IMG/VR virus record: IMGVR_UViG_3300031576_000004
Span: 99,303-163,302 of that record
Strand: one strand, 5' to 3'
DNA from: a virus
Length of the DNA stretch: 64,000 bases
Below, in pieces: positions 61,469 through 64,000 of the stretch. Below the pieces are notes generated by a model. The model ran no database searches. It saw only the letters and a program-made list of their open reading frames with translations, and was not told the origin of the DNA. Each line of letters opens with the position of its first letter. Position 1 is the stretch's first letter. The translations under genes were made by a program, and so were the position numbers.

Positions 61469-63682
61469 CTACCCTCTCAAAGCTAATTGCTTTATTTCTT
61501 CAACATACGCCTTCACAACAACCTGTTTATGCCTATCGCTAGTAATGATTTTTCTATTGCCGCTTCTTAGAGTAGACTGCCCCTCTATCTGCTTTTTAAG
61601 GCTATAGTCAAACGGGCCGCCTCCACCTTCCTTGGTCCACTCAGAAGCCGATCTATCTCTAGTATTCACGTCTCCACCTGGAGACAGACCATAGTGATCC
61701 ACAAAAACCTGGTTCATGGTCGCGATTCCTTCTCTACGCCTATACTTATCAGCATACTGATACTTATCCTCTGCCTGGTCCCATTCTGACGTGCCTGTAT
61801 CCTTGCTCTTGTCTAACGCGTAAATCCTATTCGCCAATTTTGCAAAGTTGTAGACCTTGTTATTCCTTACTGCAGCCTTCTTTGCAGCGCTTGTCTCTGG
61901 GGGCTTTTCAACGCCTGAAAGATTTGATGTCGCATTTGGAATGTCAACAATGTCGGCCGTAAGCATTAATGGCTTGTCTTCCTTTTCCTTCTGCGTTATT
62001 AAAGCAATCCCAACGTCTTTATTCGTTTTCCCGTCTGCAGCGCTTTCGCTGGTCTGAAGAGACCCACAGCCGAGTAGCTTCCTATAGGTTAGCTCCGCTG
62101 TGTCCGGAAGGTAGCTTTCGCTAATCCATGCAGGAAGAACAGGAAGATCCTCTGTGTTGTCCGCGTCCAGCTCGCGTGTGTGTGTTCCGGATATCTGTGT
62201 CTGACTTCCTCCAGATCCACTTATGGTGTGCATAATGCTAGATACGTTGAACAGATAGCTCCTTGGGGCAGAGAATGCTATGGCGGGGAAATCTGCCACG
62301 ACATGCGGATTGAACTCACCAACAATGTTTATCGACCGGCTTTCGTACTTCATAAGCAAGTATGAATACTCAGCCACTCTAGCAAGATTCCTGTGCGGCT
62401 CGCCCTCCGCGGCGCTTGTTGCGTTGTATCTTCCATACGCGAGTGGAGCATCTATAGAAAGGACTCCCTTTTCTAGCTCTTCCTCGGTAATCATAAAGAA
62501 CCTTGGCTTTACACTGTCAGCGCTAGAACTCGTTGTGTCCACATCATCTCTTCTTAAGCCAATAACCTCAGAACTCTTGATCGTTGAAACGCCCAATGTG
62601 TCTAGTACGGCCCCGAGTTCCGCTGGAGCGAAATAAAGTGGCTGAAGGTTTTCTGATTGGCCCTCTGGAGTATTGACCGCGTACGGATGCGCTTTTAGTT
62701 TAAGTCTTGTTGGTTCGCTAATATACGAGCGAGAATAGTTTATCCCGCTGATGACGTCTGGGAACATGACATTGCACATCGGCGGAATTGTAAAGTGCGT
62801 TGTTGGCTTAAATATAAAGCTCCTATAATAGTTTGAACGAGTAAACTTTCTAGGAGTCCCAGTCTCAACGCGCTGTGGCTCCTCTTGCTTTATATCGTCT
62901 TTTCTTGTGCCGTCTGTTGGAGCTTCTGCAAATGTCTTTATCGCGACCTCTTCAGGCTTGCTCTCAAATACTGGCGGTCCGACATTTACGTGGGAGTAGT
63001 AAATAACCCCCTTGATCGAATTAACAATATCTAGAATCGTTGCGTTTCCGCCCAAGTGCCCCATGCTCTGGTCAACAAGGTCTTCTATTGTCCTTGCTTC
63101 AATAAGCTTCGCGACTGCTTCGTCTGGAGCCGCGTCAATCTTAGCATTAAGATTTACACGAGAATTAACATCGCTGTAGAAGACAAGCCTGTCAGTGAAG
63201 TCCCTAAGCATCGTTAGGACTGAGTCTAGAATAGACACCCCTGGCCCGAAATACCTTGAGTAGAATGTGGATAGCTTGCCGTCCACGGTGACCTCGACTT
63301 GTTTCAGGCCAAGAAAGGCTACTATCTTCCCACCCTCTCCAAAATCTTCCGCATTCATGAAGTACTGCTTCGTGTGCGCCCAATATCCAGACAAATCGAT
63401 ACACTGAGCGATAGCGCTCCTGCTTCCTCCGGCCTGTTGGGAGTAACCTATCCCTATAATTTCACCTTCCCAAAGAAGCCGCCACTCTATCTTGTTATCA
63501 AAATCATCCATGTAAAAAACGTGCACAAGCGATCTCGGCCTTAGTTTGAATGCTCCGTTTGACGGGATAAGAGATATGTTTGCTGACGTTGGAGCGTTTG
63601 GGAAAATCGAAATTGTGCACTCACTAAACGGGACCTCGATCCCCTCGATGTAAACCTTAAATGAAAGATTCTTAGATGGCAT
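61469..63682 (-). CDS. probable baseplate hub / tail-associated protein
   Basis: VYIEGIEVP, WEGEI; start reassigned to ATG 63682. Confidence 0.65.
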   Translation of the reverse strand: MPSKNLSFKVYIEGIEVPFSECTISIFPNAPTSANISLIPSNGAFKLRPRSLVHVFYMDDFDNKIEWRLLWEGEIIGIGYSQQAGGSRSAIAQCIDLSGYWAHTKQYFMNAEDFGEGGKIVAFLGLKQVEVTVDGKLSTFYSRYFGPGVSILDSVLTMLRDFTDRLVFYSDVNSRVNLNAKIDAAPDEAVAKLIEARTIEDLVDQSMGHLGGNATILDIVNSIKGVIYYSHVNVGPPVFESKPEEVAIKTFAEAPTDGTRKDDIKQEEPQRVETGTPRKFTRSNYYRSFIFKPTTHFTIPPMCNVMFPDVISGINYSRSYISEPTRLKLKAHPYAVNTPEGQSENLQPLYFAPAELGAVLDTLGVSTIKSSEVIGLRRDDVDTTSSSADSVKPRFFMITEEELEKGVLSIDAPLAYGRYNATSAAEGEPHRNLARVAEYSYLLMKYESRSINIVGEFNPHVVADFPAIAFSAPRSYLFNVSSIMHTISGSGGSQTQISGTHTRELDADNTEDLPVLPAWISESYLPDTAELTYRKLLGCGSLQTSESAADGKTNKDVGIALITQKEKEDKPLMLTADIVDIPNATSNLSGVEKPPETSAAKKAAVRNNKVYNFAKLANRIYALDKSKDTGTSEWDQAEDKYQYADKYRRREGIATMNQVFVDHYGLSPGGDVNTRDRSASEWTKEGGGGPFDYSLKKQIEGQSTLRSGNRKIITSDRHKQVVVKAYVEEIKQLALRG

Positions 63683-63683
63683 A

Positions 63684-64000
63684 TTAAATCGAGTCGATCT
63701 TTTCTTGTGCGCGAGCCTCGAGGTCAGCCGGAAGCGCGTTTGCGTTCTCAAGAAGAGTTTTTGCGTCTTTCAATAGCGCCTCTCTACCTTGCACATTCAC
63801 CTCTCTAGTGACATACATCTGGAATGACAGCGACACCATGTTGATCGGATTCTGCGTCTGGCTCATGGCCATATTAGTAATGAATCCTTCTTTTATCGTG
63901 AAGTCGTAGGACAGGTATGCCCGTGCTCTTGTCTCTACACACTTTGTTCCGCGCAAGAAGTTTTCGTATGCCGTCTTCCAGCTGTCTCTCCACAGATAGT
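63684..64000 (-). CDS. tail/baseplate-region protein (5' end outside window)
   Basis: Frame open to the window edge (..WKTAYENFLRGTKCVE..). Confidence 0.65.
   Translation of the reverse strand, partial: YLWRDSWKTAYENFLRGTKCVETRARAYLSYDFTIKEGFITNMAMSQTQNPINMVSLSFQMYVTREVNVQGREALLKDAKTLLENANALPADLEARAQEKIDSI

Noticed and set aside
1-64000. Bacterial chromosome rpoBC locus or contractile injection system; alternative genetic code
   Set aside because: No ribosomal-protein neighbours or housekeeping genes, a portal-like head module is present, and genes tile densely under the standard code

Overview
This is a 64-kb piece of a large, probably jumbo, tailed (myovirus-like) bacteriophage genome using the standard genetic code. 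Most of it is minus-strand virion morphogenesis: baseplate hub/wedge/J-like genes, tail fibres, H-type-lectin-like, LamG and beta-helix adhesins, a ~137-triplet G-X-Q collagen fibre, a four-domain glycosyltransferase, a probable portal and head proteins. Two plus-strand accessory islands (4.3-5.7 kb and 28-39 kb) interrupt it. The left edge holds an ORF absent from the supplied track (it runs off the window), a single-chain beta-beta' fused cellular-type RNA polymerase; a sigma70-family factor sits in the baseplate cluster. Two promoter classes are visible: TTGACT-N17-TA[AG]AAT on the minus strand and a -35-less TTTT-N1/2-GGTATAAGA[AG]T motif heading each plus-strand unit. The most unusual observations are: (1) a nested split-domain adhesin locus at 6.2-13 kb, where a beta-sandwich domain and an IPT/TIG domain are each cut in two and the halves sit on different proteins, suggesting socket-and-plug assembly of virion appendages; (2) a terminator-bounded module around a retron-type reverse transcriptase with an N-terminal double Cx2Cx5C domain and no canonical upstream msr-msd; (3) the fused RNAP/sigma/two-promoter transcription system; (4) a structured RNA with an alternative pairing ahead of a 23-aa peptide. 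All product calls come from motif recognition by eye; no database searches were run.
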